Origin: Candidatus Poribacteria bacterium | Lineage (GTDB): Bacteria; Poribacteria; WGA-4E; WGA-3G | Direction: 5' to 3' | DNA length: 64,000 nucleotides | Assembly: GCA_026706025.1 (NCBI GenBank) | Contig: JAPOZO010000087.1 | Coordinates: forward strand, 15,522 to 79,521 | Shown: positions 44,844-53,584 of the stretch, piece after piece | Layout: each line of letters opens with the position of its first letter | Position numbering within the stretch: position 1 is the first letter of the stretch | The notes under the pieces: generated by a model | The model's database searches: none | What the model saw: the letters and a program-made list of their open reading frames with translations, nothing else | Told to the model about the DNA's origin: nothing | Position numbers and translations under genes: made by a program

Positions 44844-46130
44844 TTACCCTTTAAGTTTCGCATAATGGACGGGTGGTTCCAATTCCAGTTGATCATAGGT
44901 GCCTGTTTTCGGTACGATAATTTCAAGCACCCTGTTCCGATAATCTGTATGGAAATCCTCGGGTTGCCCTTCAATAGGGAAGATACTTGTAAAACCGTTG
45001 GGGAAAGAACTTGTCCGTCCGACAACATTTTCAAACCGAGGGTCTTCCATTTGTCCGGTTTTAGGGTTCACCGGCAGCTGCGTCTGAACCGTCACAGTCG
45101 TTTCGGATGCCGGTGTAGTATCTATAGGACATGGCGAACTTAGACAAACTTCATAGTCATAGTGTGGCATTCTATCAGGGAGATCGAATGTTTGTTTCGC
45201 CGCAGAATTCGGAACCCATCGCGGGAACTCGATCTCAATGCGGTAATAATCTGCCATTTCTGAGACCTGATTGATCATTCCGTAACGACGGTACCGTTCC
45301 TTTATATCATCTGCGTAAATTACGCCGTCTACATCTACTGCACCAGGGACTGTTGTCCGTTGTGTCGGAGGGGTTGTAACCAGAGCAGAACGCGCACCGA
45401 TAAGCAGCGGTGTCGCAACGAGTGACATTATCCAACCGTAGAATGCTGCACCGTAACGCGGTTGTTCCTCTGTTGAACTGAACTCGCCTTTAAACCGGTA
45501 GATACCTTCGGTGATCGCGATAACTATCCCAAGAAAGATCATCAAGTTGCCTCTACTTGAGAAAAGGTCAACCGCTTGTCCGCTGAACCCGATGAAAAAA
45601 AGGATAAGGGGATAGAGCGTTATGTTAATGAGGCTATTAATACCTGTAGATACAGCGGCACTAAAGACACGCGGGTTTCCTGCCATTTCTTCAAGCTGCG
45701 TTTTAAACTTTGCTGAGAACGCGCCGAGAATGGGTTGTCCGAGCATCGCTAACACATTGAACGGCGCACGGAGCCTTGTATCGGGTACTTCTGGTATTTG
45801 TGCAAATTCTTCTGGAATCCCTTGTTGTTTTCCTTGTTTAGTTTTTCCTGCTTCGTCGTCTCCGGTGCCCGCGGTTTCTGGTTTAACGAAAGTCTCAAAA
45901 AATTTGCGGTTTATTTCAATATACGATGCCCACTTGGCGGGGACATCACTTTCAATAGAGATCGCCTCGACCGGACACGCAGGTTCACATGCTGCGCAGT
46001 CAATACACACATCTGGATCAATGTAGAGTTGTTTTTCACCTTCACTGGTATGTATACAGTCCACAGGACAGACATCAACGCATGCGGTGTCCATTACGTC
46101 AACGCACGGTTCAAAAATTACGTAAGCCAT
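44844..46130 (-). CDS. FdxA-type ferredoxin fused to 3-4 TM helices and an alpha-crystallin (Hsp20)-like C-terminal domain
   Basis: The N-terminus reads MAYVIFEPCVDVMDTACVDVCPVDCIH...CIDCAACEPACPVEAI. The TM helices include LYPLILFFIGFSG, LMIFLGIVIAITEGIY and FYGWIMSLVATPLLIGA. The C-terminus reads YYRIEIEFP...YRNRVLEIIVPK. AAGGAGGGG precedes the ATG at 46130. The track ORF extends to 46223. Confidence 0.6.
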   Translation of the reverse strand: MAYVIFEPCVDVMDTACVDVCPVDCIHTSEGEKQLYIDPDVCIDCAACEPACPVEAISIESDVPAKWASYIEINRKFFETFVKPETAGTGDDEAGKTKQGKQQGIPEEFAQIPEVPDTRLRAPFNVLAMLGQPILGAFSAKFKTQLEEMAGNPRVFSAAVSTGINSLINITLYPLILFFIGFSGQAVDLFSSRGNLMIFLGIVIAITEGIYRFKGEFSSTEEQPRYGAAFYGWIMSLVATPLLIGARSALVTTPPTQRTTVPGAVDVDGVIYADDIKERYRRYGMINQVSEMADYYRIEIEFPRWVPNSAAKQTFDLPDRMPHYDYEVCLSSPCPIDTTPASETTVTVQTQLPVNPKTGQMEDPRFENVVGRTSSFPNGFTSIFPIEGQPEDFHTDYRNRVLEIIVPKTGTYDQLELEPPVHYAKLKG

Positions 46131-46216
46131 CCTTCCCCTCCTTTTTGTGGATGATTCACTGTTAAGTATACCACAATTACGCGCCAATAGCAAGCAAATA
46201 TTCCTGTTTTCTCGGT

Positions 46217-46245
46217 TTGACAAATAGGCGGATCGTGCCTATAAT
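46217..46245 (+). promoter_or_regulatory. Sigma-70 promoter of truD
   Basis: TTGACA (46217-46222), a 17-nt spacer, then TATAAT (46240-46245). Confidence 0.65.
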
Positions 46246-46248
46246 AAC

Positions 46249-47352
46249 GTGATGACTCAGACCTATGAGGAAGATCGGATGTTTAAAGAACCTGAAGATT
46301 TTATCGTTGAAGAACTACCGCTTTATGAACCCTCCGGAGCAGGGACACATACCTATTTCGCGGTTCGGAAACGGAATCTTAGCACGTTGGAAGCTATTAA
46401 CCGAATCGCACGGGAACTACAAGTGCCTACGCGAGATTTCGGGTATGCTGGTTTAAAGGATAAGAACGCAGTCACAACACAAATATTGTCTGTCGAAGGT
46501 GTAGCACCGGAACGGGTTTTGAAGATTGAGCAGTCGGATATTGAAGTCTTATCGGCAGAAAGGCACACGCATAAATTGCGAGTCGGACATCTTCGCGGTA
46601 ACCGCTTTGAACTAACGCTACGCGATATGCCTCACAATACACTGCCTTCGATCAAAGCATCAATGAAGCGATTGGTAACTGAAGGTGTACCGAATCGATT
46701 TGGGACGCAGCGATTTGGGAATAAAAACGATTCACATCTAATCGGCAAAGCACTGGTGAAAGCAGAGTGGGAGACGATCCTGCATTATATGCTCACAGAG
46801 GACGCACTGCAAGTGGACAGTGTCGCGCGCCGGATGCAACAGGAATTAGCACGGAAGCCTGTCAAAAAAGTGATAACTTCTATTCCGCATCGGTTGCGCA
46901 AGTTATATCTATCGGCGTACCAAGCGCACCTCTTTAACAGCATTTTAGAAAAACGGATGCCGCATTTAGGAAAACTCCGTGCGGGCGACATTGCTGTGAA
47001 ACATAGCAACGGCGCACCCTTTCTCGTTGGAGACCCGACGGCGGAACAACCGCGAGCAGATGCTCTTGAGATTAGTCCTTCCGGACCGATCTTCGGATAC
47101 AAAATGCGGATGCCGACTGGCGATGTACTTGATATGGAGATAGCGAGCCTTGCAGATGAAGGTGTTCGCCTTGAAAAGTTTCGTAAGGTCGTAGGGATTC
47201 GGTTACCGGGGACGCGTAGACCTTTACGGATGCCGATACAACTGCATGAGGCATCTGCTGTTGATGGCGGTGTCGGAATACGCCTCCGTTTCACGCTTCC
47301 CGCCGGTGGATATGCGACGGTGGTGGTGGAAGAACTCTTGGCAAAGATATAG
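46249..47352 (+). CDS. truD: tRNA pseudouridine(13) synthase
   Basis: It has PEDFIVEE...GTHTYF and GYAGLKDKNAVTTQ. The true start may be one of the downstream Met codons. Confidence 0.85.
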   Translation: MMTQTYEEDRMFKEPEDFIVEELPLYEPSGAGTHTYFAVRKRNLSTLEAINRIARELQVPTRDFGYAGLKDKNAVTTQILSVEGVAPERVLKIEQSDIEVLSAERHTHKLRVGHLRGNRFELTLRDMPHNTLPSIKASMKRLVTEGVPNRFGTQRFGNKNDSHLIGKALVKAEWETILHYMLTEDALQVDSVARRMQQELARKPVKKVITSIPHRLRKLYLSAYQAHLFNSILEKRMPHLGKLRAGDIAVKHSNGAPFLVGDPTAEQPRADALEISPSGPIFGYKMRMPTGDVLDMEIASLADEGVRLEKFRKVVGIRLPGTRRPLRMPIQLHEASAVDGGVGIRLRFTLPAGGYATVVVEELLAKI

Positions 47353-47380
47353 TCTTCTAAGGTGTTTAGCTTTTGGGATT

Positions 47381-49009
47381 TCAGCCTTCTTGTGGTGTTT
47401 GTCTCGATTTCCGGTATCTATAAAACGTCCATGCACCGGATGCAAGGAGGACTACCAACAGTACAATAAGACCGATATTGAGAAGATAGCGACCACGATT
47501 GAACTCCCACAACCGTTGATTTGCCAATTCGGCGGCAGGGGTCCCCTTTTCTGCTTTCGTTTTTACCTCTTCCCAATACTTTTTCGCGAGGATAGGCTGA
47601 TCAAGCTGCTCTGCAAGTTTCGCTGTAACCACGAGATAAGCCACATCTTGAACATCTTGCTTCTCTAACGCATCTGCAAAGGAACTGAGAAGTAAAACCG
47701 TTAAATCTGCCGACATTTGCGGGAAATCTGTCGTGCGCTCAATCCCGTTCTGGAAAGCGGTGACAGCCCCTTGATGGTTACCTCGGTCAAATTCAATTTG
47801 TGCGATCTCAAACCAACTTCTCTTAATAAGTTGGATCGATTGGTCTATATCGCTATAACCCTCAAATGTGAAAGTTGCCGAACCGTAATTCTGGGTACCC
47901 TGTTTCGCATAGAGCGCGTAAGTTTCACCGATTGTTAATAGGTCTGAATCTTTCCATGCATCAAAGCGAAAAATTCCATCTGCTGCTACAGTCTGTTGAT
48001 ATGCTGTTCTATTTATCCAAATCAGCGTATCGGCAGCCGACGCACCCGCGACACCTTTAACGCTACCGTGAACAGCGATAGGATCAAGTACCCAACCGAT
48101 GTGGACGGACTCTCCAAGGACTAACTCCAATGCCGCAGTCTTGGATGGTGGCGTGATATACCCGACCTTCTTTACGGATATTGTGGAAGTGCCTTGCTGT
48201 AGATTTTCAGTGATAAGTTTCGGTGTATTTCCAACTTCTGCAGCGTTGATGAAAATTTGTGCACCATCGGGAAGTGATGTGACCTTAAGCGCAGGACTCA
48301 GTTTGAGCAGTGCCGCTTCGACATTGCCTGTTGGCGCGAGAATTCCATCAAGGAACTCAGAATGTGTTCGTAATAGATCATAAGTTTCAAAGACGCTCAG
48401 CTGCCGATTATCGTCCAAATCCGTTGTGTCCGTGGCGAGTGCATCGTAAAGTTTCTCAAGAAGCGAAGTATTTTCTGCTTTCTCTACCGGCTGAATCACG
48501 TTTAGCGCAGCGGTGCCGAGCGTCTCGCGATTGCCATAGTAGGCACTTAAATTCGTTTCCTCGGTGTAACCATCAACAATAACAACGGTACTTTCTCTAT
48601 TACTCTCTCCAAACCAGCCATTGAGAGTGGAATCTTGGATGCCATCTTCGTCTTCTTGAATTCTCAGCTGCATCGTGTGCGCGTTCGGCTTAGAAACCAT
48701 CCCATGGTATAGAAAAATCAGCGTGTCTTGTGGTTGTGTCTGCTGCCCAATTTCTTGGAGTAGCGCGTAAATCTCATCAGATGTGGCGCTATCACCTTCA
48801 ATATGATAAATCTGCTCACTCGGAACTTTACCGCGTGTTGTTAAAAGTTCAGTCAGAGAATTCATACGTTCGTGTGCCATTGCCTCTGGCGTTGCGTCTA
48901 CAAGCAGCCAGTATGTGCCAGAATCAATTGAGAACGCTGATACTGCTACAATGGAGGCGAGTACAATACAGATAAAAATGGAAGTAAAAACGGTATTCAC
49001 TTTTGGCAT
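47381..49009 (-). CDS. Exported, C-terminally anchored protein with a caspase-like fold lacking the Cys, a PEGA domain, a CarboxypepD_reg-like domain and TPR-like helices
   Basis: DTLIFLYHGMV retains the His, but TVVIVDGY has Gly where the Cys is expected. The PEGA domain reads LKVTSLPDGAQIFINAAEVGNTP. A C-terminal TM helix is present (LLNIGLIVLLVVLLASGAW). Confidence 0.5.
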   Translation of the reverse strand: MPKVNTVFTSIFICIVLASIVAVSAFSIDSGTYWLLVDATPEAMAHERMNSLTELLTTRGKVPSEQIYHIEGDSATSDEIYALLQEIGQQTQPQDTLIFLYHGMVSKPNAHTMQLRIQEDEDGIQDSTLNGWFGESNRESTVVIVDGYTEETNLSAYYGNRETLGTAALNVIQPVEKAENTSLLEKLYDALATDTTDLDDNRQLSVFETYDLLRTHSEFLDGILAPTGNVEAALLKLSPALKVTSLPDGAQIFINAAEVGNTPKLITENLQQGTSTISVKKVGYITPPSKTAALELVLGESVHIGWVLDPIAVHGSVKGVAGASAADTLIWINRTAYQQTVAADGIFRFDAWKDSDLLTIGETYALYAKQGTQNYGSATFTFEGYSDIDQSIQLIKRSWFEIAQIEFDRGNHQGAVTAFQNGIERTTDFPQMSADLTVLLLSSFADALEKQDVQDVAYLVVTAKLAEQLDQPILAKKYWEEVKTKAEKGTPAAELANQRLWEFNRGRYLLNIGLIVLLVVLLASGAWTFYRYRKSRQTPQEG

Positions 49010-49258
49010 ACTGCTATCCGAGAATTAGGGTTAAAACCTTTTAACAAAATAGTTTAGCAAAAAACCGCAATAATTGCAAGAAAATGAACTTGTAGCGGTG
49101 TCAAAATGTCTAAACTTTTAATGAAGCATTGCGTCAAAATACATAAGCAAGGTATTTTATTGCTGCTTTCAAATCAAAACATGCACTTAAAAATTAAGAG
49201 ATGATCTCGTATATGTGTATAAGGCATGCTCGGAAGTTAGTGCTTGCGCTTGGCGAAA

Positions 49259-49286
49259 TTGAAGAGAGTCGCATTGACGCTATAAT
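49259..49286 (+). promoter_or_regulatory. Candidate sigma-70 promoter of the efflux operon
   Basis: TTGAAG (49259-49264), a 16-nt spacer, then TATAAT (49281-49286). Confidence 0.45.
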
Positions 49287-49415
49287 CTATATAATAATAC
49301 GATCTTGGAGAAGTTAATCGTTTCTCAAACAAATGTAAGAACGTGTTGAACCGGCACACGGTGTATGCTTGGCAGCATGCCGATAAGCGTCGGAATGGAC
49401 AAGGAGATGTTGTTA

Positions 49416-50816
49416 ATGATTCATGGGAAAATAAAGTTAACTGTTTTATCAAAACTTGCAGTGTTACAAGGGACGCTGCGTGCCGGTTTCCAAAAAGTGC
49501 CTTTGAAAACCATTCTTATACTTCAGTTCGCAGTCGTTTTTTGTATCGGTGCACAAGAACCTGTCGGCGAAGTTGACTTATCACAGCCTTTAACGCTTGA
49601 ACAATGTATCCAAATGGGTTTGGAAAGATCGACGAGTATGCGAAATGCACGCTTGAATCTCGCTATACAAGAACTTCGGGTAAAAAATGCGCGTGCTCGG
49701 TATTTTCCGCAAATTTTTTCAAATGGGAACTACGATTTTTCTGATCGTGTTGACTTCGGGTTTGAACCTGAAAACTACAATTTAGGGCTGCGTGGGCAAT
49801 ATACACTTTGGGATAACGGACAACGAGAGGGAAGTTTCGCACAGGCGAAAGAGAGTCTAACCGCTACTGTCAGCCGGAATGAACGGACTAAGCAGGACTT
49901 AATTCTTGACATTACGGTGGCTTACTACGATGTTCTTAAAAGACAGGAACTCGTCAAAGTCAGTGAACAGGTTTTAGCGAGATCACAGGAAAACACACAA
50001 CGGATACGGGATTTCGTAGAGGCAGGCACCTTGATTCCTGCCGATGTCGCGACTGCCGAGCTTCGTGAAGCCAATGATGAATTATCACTGTTTAACAATC
50101 GCACCTCACTCCAAATTGCCCAAGCGACGCTGCCCCGGCTCCTCGGATTGGACCCTGGCGTTCTACTTACCGTTTCTGTTGACGAATCCTATCAACTCTA
50201 CCAAGAACGGGGTACAATTGAGCGGGTAGAGATACCGGTTGAGGAAGCCATCCAGATAGCCCTTAGCACGCGTCCGGAGTTTCAAGAGAGACAGGCACAA
50301 ATAAAATCTCAGCAATGGAGCCTTACTTTGGCAAAGTTGCAACGCTGGCCCCGCCTAAACGCGGATGTTGATTACAACGTCAACCTTGATGATTACCTCC
50401 GTGAGCGTGAGAATTTCTCTGATTTCCGAAGTTGGAGTGCAGGCGTGTCCCTGAACTTCACACTTTTTGATGGCGGCATCTTAGGAAACCGAGTCAAAGA
50501 GCTAGGGATGCAGTTAGAGCAGACACGTGAAAATGCAAGCGACTTGGAGCGGAGCGTCGCGCTCGCTGTCAGGCAAGCCTATCTCACGCTCCAGCGTAGT
50601 GAAATTGCCGTTGATATCTCGAAAAAGCAGGTTACCAATGCCCAACTAAGTTTAGATGTCATTCAAGGGCGTTTTGACGTGGGTAAGGCTATTTTGCTTG
50701 AATTACTTGATGCCCAAACGAGTTATGCACAAGCATTGACAAATGAAGTTAATGCGTTCTATGATTACAAAATCGCTCAAACTCGCCTGCAGGATGCAAT
50801 GGGAGTCTTACAGTAA
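49416..50816 (+). CDS. TolC-family outer-membrane efflux protein
   Basis: It has the duplicated OEP repeat architecture, with helix-rich segments such as AQA.L..A......A. AAGGAG lies 9 nt before the ATG at 49416. The track ORF starts at 49365. Confidence 0.8.
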   Translation: MIHGKIKLTVLSKLAVLQGTLRAGFQKVPLKTILILQFAVVFCIGAQEPVGEVDLSQPLTLEQCIQMGLERSTSMRNARLNLAIQELRVKNARARYFPQIFSNGNYDFSDRVDFGFEPENYNLGLRGQYTLWDNGQREGSFAQAKESLTATVSRNERTKQDLILDITVAYYDVLKRQELVKVSEQVLARSQENTQRIRDFVEAGTLIPADVATAELREANDELSLFNNRTSLQIAQATLPRLLGLDPGVLLTVSVDESYQLYQERGTIERVEIPVEEAIQIALSTRPEFQERQAQIKSQQWSLTLAKLQRWPRLNADVDYNVNLDDYLRERENFSDFRSWSAGVSLNFTLFDGGILGNRVKELGMQLEQTRENASDLERSVALAVRQAYLTLQRSEIAVDISKKQVTNAQLSLDVIQGRFDVGKAILLELLDAQTSYAQALTNEVNAFYDYKIAQTRLQDAMGVLQ

Positions 50817-50818
50817 AC

Positions 50819-52786
50819 ATGAAGAATCGTAAAAGGTGGATTATCACAGGGGGAGTTGCCGTAGTTGTTATTGCTCTCGGAGCCATCGGTGCTACCCGTA
50901 TGAACTTTAGTTTCGGTCAAAAAAAGAAAGAAACCGAGGTAAAACAGGAAATCGTCCGACGCGGCGAATTCCTTGTGCGCGTACGTGAATCGGGGAACTT
51001 ACGCTCCTTTATTGAGGTGGATGTCCGGTCAAACGTTGAGGGTGAGATCGTTGAAATCCTCGTTGAGGAGGGCGCAAAAGTTGAGATGGACCAACCCCTG
51101 CTTCGCATTGATGAAAAGCAAATTCTGGAGCAGAAGAAGCAGGCGGAGGCGAACCTTAATGCCCGAAAAGCAGAACTCGAGCGCGCGCAGCTTCATATTG
51201 AGATTACTGAGAAACAGCAAGAAAGTAATCTCGCACAAGCGCAAAATTCTGTCATTAAGGCACAAGCGACTTTGGATTCGTTTGTCGCAAACACACAGCA
51301 ACGGATAACCGAGGCTGAAACGCTCGTCGCAACCACAAAGAACTCTCTTGATCAAGATAATATAGCCTTGAAGCAGGCAGAAATTGCATTAGGGCAAGCA
51401 AAACTCACCCTTGAACGCTCACAGGAAAATGTTAAATCAGCAAAAATCTCCTTTGAAACAGCAGAAGCAGAGCATCAACGTAACAAGGAACTCTATGATA
51501 AAAAACTCGTCTCAAAAAAGGCATTGGAAGATTCTCAGCGACAACTTATAGTTGCTAAGTCTCAGTACGATTCTGCCCAGAAAGAGGTCGAATCACAAAA
51601 AGAGACTATAAAATCTCAAGATGAGAACCTCAACGCACGGAAGACAGCGATAGAAAGCAGGAAATCAACACTCCAACTCAATGAAAAGAACGTTGAAACG
51701 CTTAAAGATTCGCTCAAAGCACAGCGTAAGCAGTACGAAGCGGAATTTGAGGACGCAGAGACCCGACTCCAACAGATACTAGAGACAACAGAAGAACAAA
51801 AGGAGTTGACAATACATTCAAAGGTGAGTGCGGAGGCGAGCCTCCTCCAAGCCGAGAGCCAACTTAAATCTCAGCAAGAACGCTACGACTGGACAACTGT
51901 CACTGCACCTATGGCAGGAACGATTACACAACTCATCGTTGAAGAAGGTGAAATTATCACGTCAGGGCGTTCAGCGTTTTCACGCGGTGAAGCGATCATG
52001 CGTATCGCTGACCTTGACCAGATGATTGTGAGAACCCAAATCAACCAGGTGGAGATCGGGAAAATAGAAGAAGGACAACGTGCCGAAATCACCGTTGATA
52101 GTTATCCCGGTCGTATTTTTCCGGGTAGGGTGAGCGAGATTTCGCCGAGCGCGACGCGGCGCGGTCCCCAAAATCAGAGTTCCGTTATCACTTTTGAGGT
52201 AGATGTAGAGGTCACCGGCTCACCTGCTGAATTACTGCCCGGTATGTCTGCTGATGTTGATATCATTGTGTTTGAAGAATCGGATGTGCTTCAACTACCG
52301 ATCCCTGCTGTGCTAAGTCCGGAAATTTTTACCGTAAAAGCCAACATTAATTCGGCAGATCTTGGGCAATTTCAGGAAGGTCAGAAACTTAAAATTCGGA
52401 ATCTTATCGGAAAGGAATTCGCTGGACAGGTCGGGACAATTGACACGGAAAAGGCGCGTGGCAACCTTGAAATTTTATTGGAAGGCGATCAGAAGGGGTT
52501 GCGCAAAGGACCAATAGAGATCAGCGTTGTTATTTCTGATCAAAACGTCCTCCCCGATATAGAAGCCGAGGTGAGTAGTGAGCGGCAGTACTTTGTCAAG
52601 TTAGATACCGGTGAATCCAGCAAGAACAAACAGGAAAAAGGCGTTAAAACTCATATTACAATCGGGCAGCGCAACAACACACACTTTCAAATCACGGGTG
52701 GTTTGAAGGAAGGCGATCGCGTTTTTGTGCCTTCTATGAAAGAATTAACAGAGGGACAAAAAGATGACGGAGACGGCGAAGAATAA
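50819..52786 (+). CDS. HlyD/MacA-family periplasmic adaptor with an unusually long coiled-coil hairpin and a C-terminal extension
   Basis: The N-terminal TM helix is followed by split lipoyl halves (VEGEIVEILVEEGAKV and VTAPMAGTITQLIVEEGE) separated by about 250 aa of heptad repeats. A beta-barrel region follows (RAEITVDSYPGRIFPGRVSEISP). The length is 655 aa. Confidence 0.8.
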   Translation: MKNRKRWIITGGVAVVVIALGAIGATRMNFSFGQKKKETEVKQEIVRRGEFLVRVRESGNLRSFIEVDVRSNVEGEIVEILVEEGAKVEMDQPLLRIDEKQILEQKKQAEANLNARKAELERAQLHIEITEKQQESNLAQAQNSVIKAQATLDSFVANTQQRITEAETLVATTKNSLDQDNIALKQAEIALGQAKLTLERSQENVKSAKISFETAEAEHQRNKELYDKKLVSKKALEDSQRQLIVAKSQYDSAQKEVESQKETIKSQDENLNARKTAIESRKSTLQLNEKNVETLKDSLKAQRKQYEAEFEDAETRLQQILETTEEQKELTIHSKVSAEASLLQAESQLKSQQERYDWTTVTAPMAGTITQLIVEEGEIITSGRSAFSRGEAIMRIADLDQMIVRTQINQVEIGKIEEGQRAEITVDSYPGRIFPGRVSEISPSATRRGPQNQSSVITFEVDVEVTGSPAELLPGMSADVDIIVFEESDVLQLPIPAVLSPEIFTVKANINSADLGQFQEGQKLKIRNLIGKEFAGQVGTIDTEKARGNLEILLEGDQKGLRKGPIEISVVISDQNVLPDIEAEVSSERQYFVKLDTGESSKNKQEKGVKTHITIGQRNNTHFQITGGLKEGDRVFVPSMKELTEGQKDDGDGEE

Positions 52787-52863
52787 CAGATGCCGTATTG
52801 TTAGCATAGATGTGCTGAATTTTATTTTTTATTTTCATCAAATATAAGCAAGGAGTAAACACT

Positions 52864-53568
52864 ATGTTAATAGATGTACGAAATTTAACAAAAATCTACC
52901 AGATGGGCGATGTACAGGTACATGCACTCCGAGGTGTGAGCTTCACCATAACACAAGGCGAATTCCTCGCTATTATGGGACCCTCTGGTTCCGGTAAATC
53001 AACCATGATGGATATATTGGGGTGTCTCGCAACGCCTACATCAGGTGATTACTTCCTTGAAGGGGAAGAGGTCGGCAAACTTTCCGATAATCGTCTCGCG
53101 GACATTCGCAATAAGAAGATCGGTTTTGTTTTTCAATCATTTAACCTGCTACCACGGACCAGCGCACTCAACAATGTTGAATTGCCACTGATTTACTCGG
53201 GTTTGGGTAGAAAGGAACGCAAACGACGCGCATTTGAGTCCTTGGAAGCTGTCGGTTTAGCTGATCGCGTGGATCATAAGTCGACCGAGTTATCGGGCGG
53301 GCAAATTCAACGCGTCGCAATCGCGCGGGCTTTAGTCAATAAACCCTCAATGATTTTTGCCGATGAACCGACAGGAAACTTGGACACGCGCTCCGGTGAA
53401 GAAATTATGGCGATCTTCAACAGGTTGAACGATGAAGGAAATACCATCATCATGGTGACACATGAGGCTGAAGTCGCTGAACACGCAAAACGGGTACTCC
53501 ATATCCGAGACGGGTTAATTGAACGAGATGTCAGGCAGAATGGATATGAGGAAACTGCTGCTGATTGA
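52864..53568 (+). CDS. MacB/LolD-type ABC transporter ATP-binding protein
   Basis: Walker A is GPSGSGKST, the signature motif is [15 protein letters not shown], and Walker B is [11 protein letters not shown]. Confidence 0.9.
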   Translation: MLIDVRNLTKIYQMGDVQVHALRGVSFTITQGEFLAIMGPSGSGKSTMMDILGCLATPTSGDYFLEGEEVGKLSDNRLADIRNKKIGFVFQSFNLLPRTSALNNVELPLIYSGLGRKERKRRAFESLEAVGLADRVDHKSTELSGGQIQRVAIARALVNKPSMIFADEPTGNLDTRSGEEIMAIFNRLNDEGNTIIMVTHEAEVAEHAKRVLHIRDGLIERDVRQNGYEETAAD

Positions 53569-53584
53569 TAAGTGGAGAAATTAC

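Noticed and set aside
46785-47294. A 169-aa ORF antisense to truD, representative of the many 60-170-aa track ORFs nested in or antisense to long genes (for example 934..1290, 2475..2879, 22594..22977, 26872..27312, 55924..56409)
   Set aside because: Each lies wholly inside a longer ORF with clear family motifs. None has a convincing SD/start context. Their low-complexity Arg/Ser/Pro-rich translations are typical of shadow frames.
53519-53584. Long N-terminal extension of S55-like paralogue 2 overlapping the ABC ATPase gene by 50 nt
   Set aside because: The two paralogues align only from VKK(V/I)... onward. In both genes a GTG preceded by an SD-like GGAG/GAGAGGA sits there. The upstream residues are not conserved between the copies.
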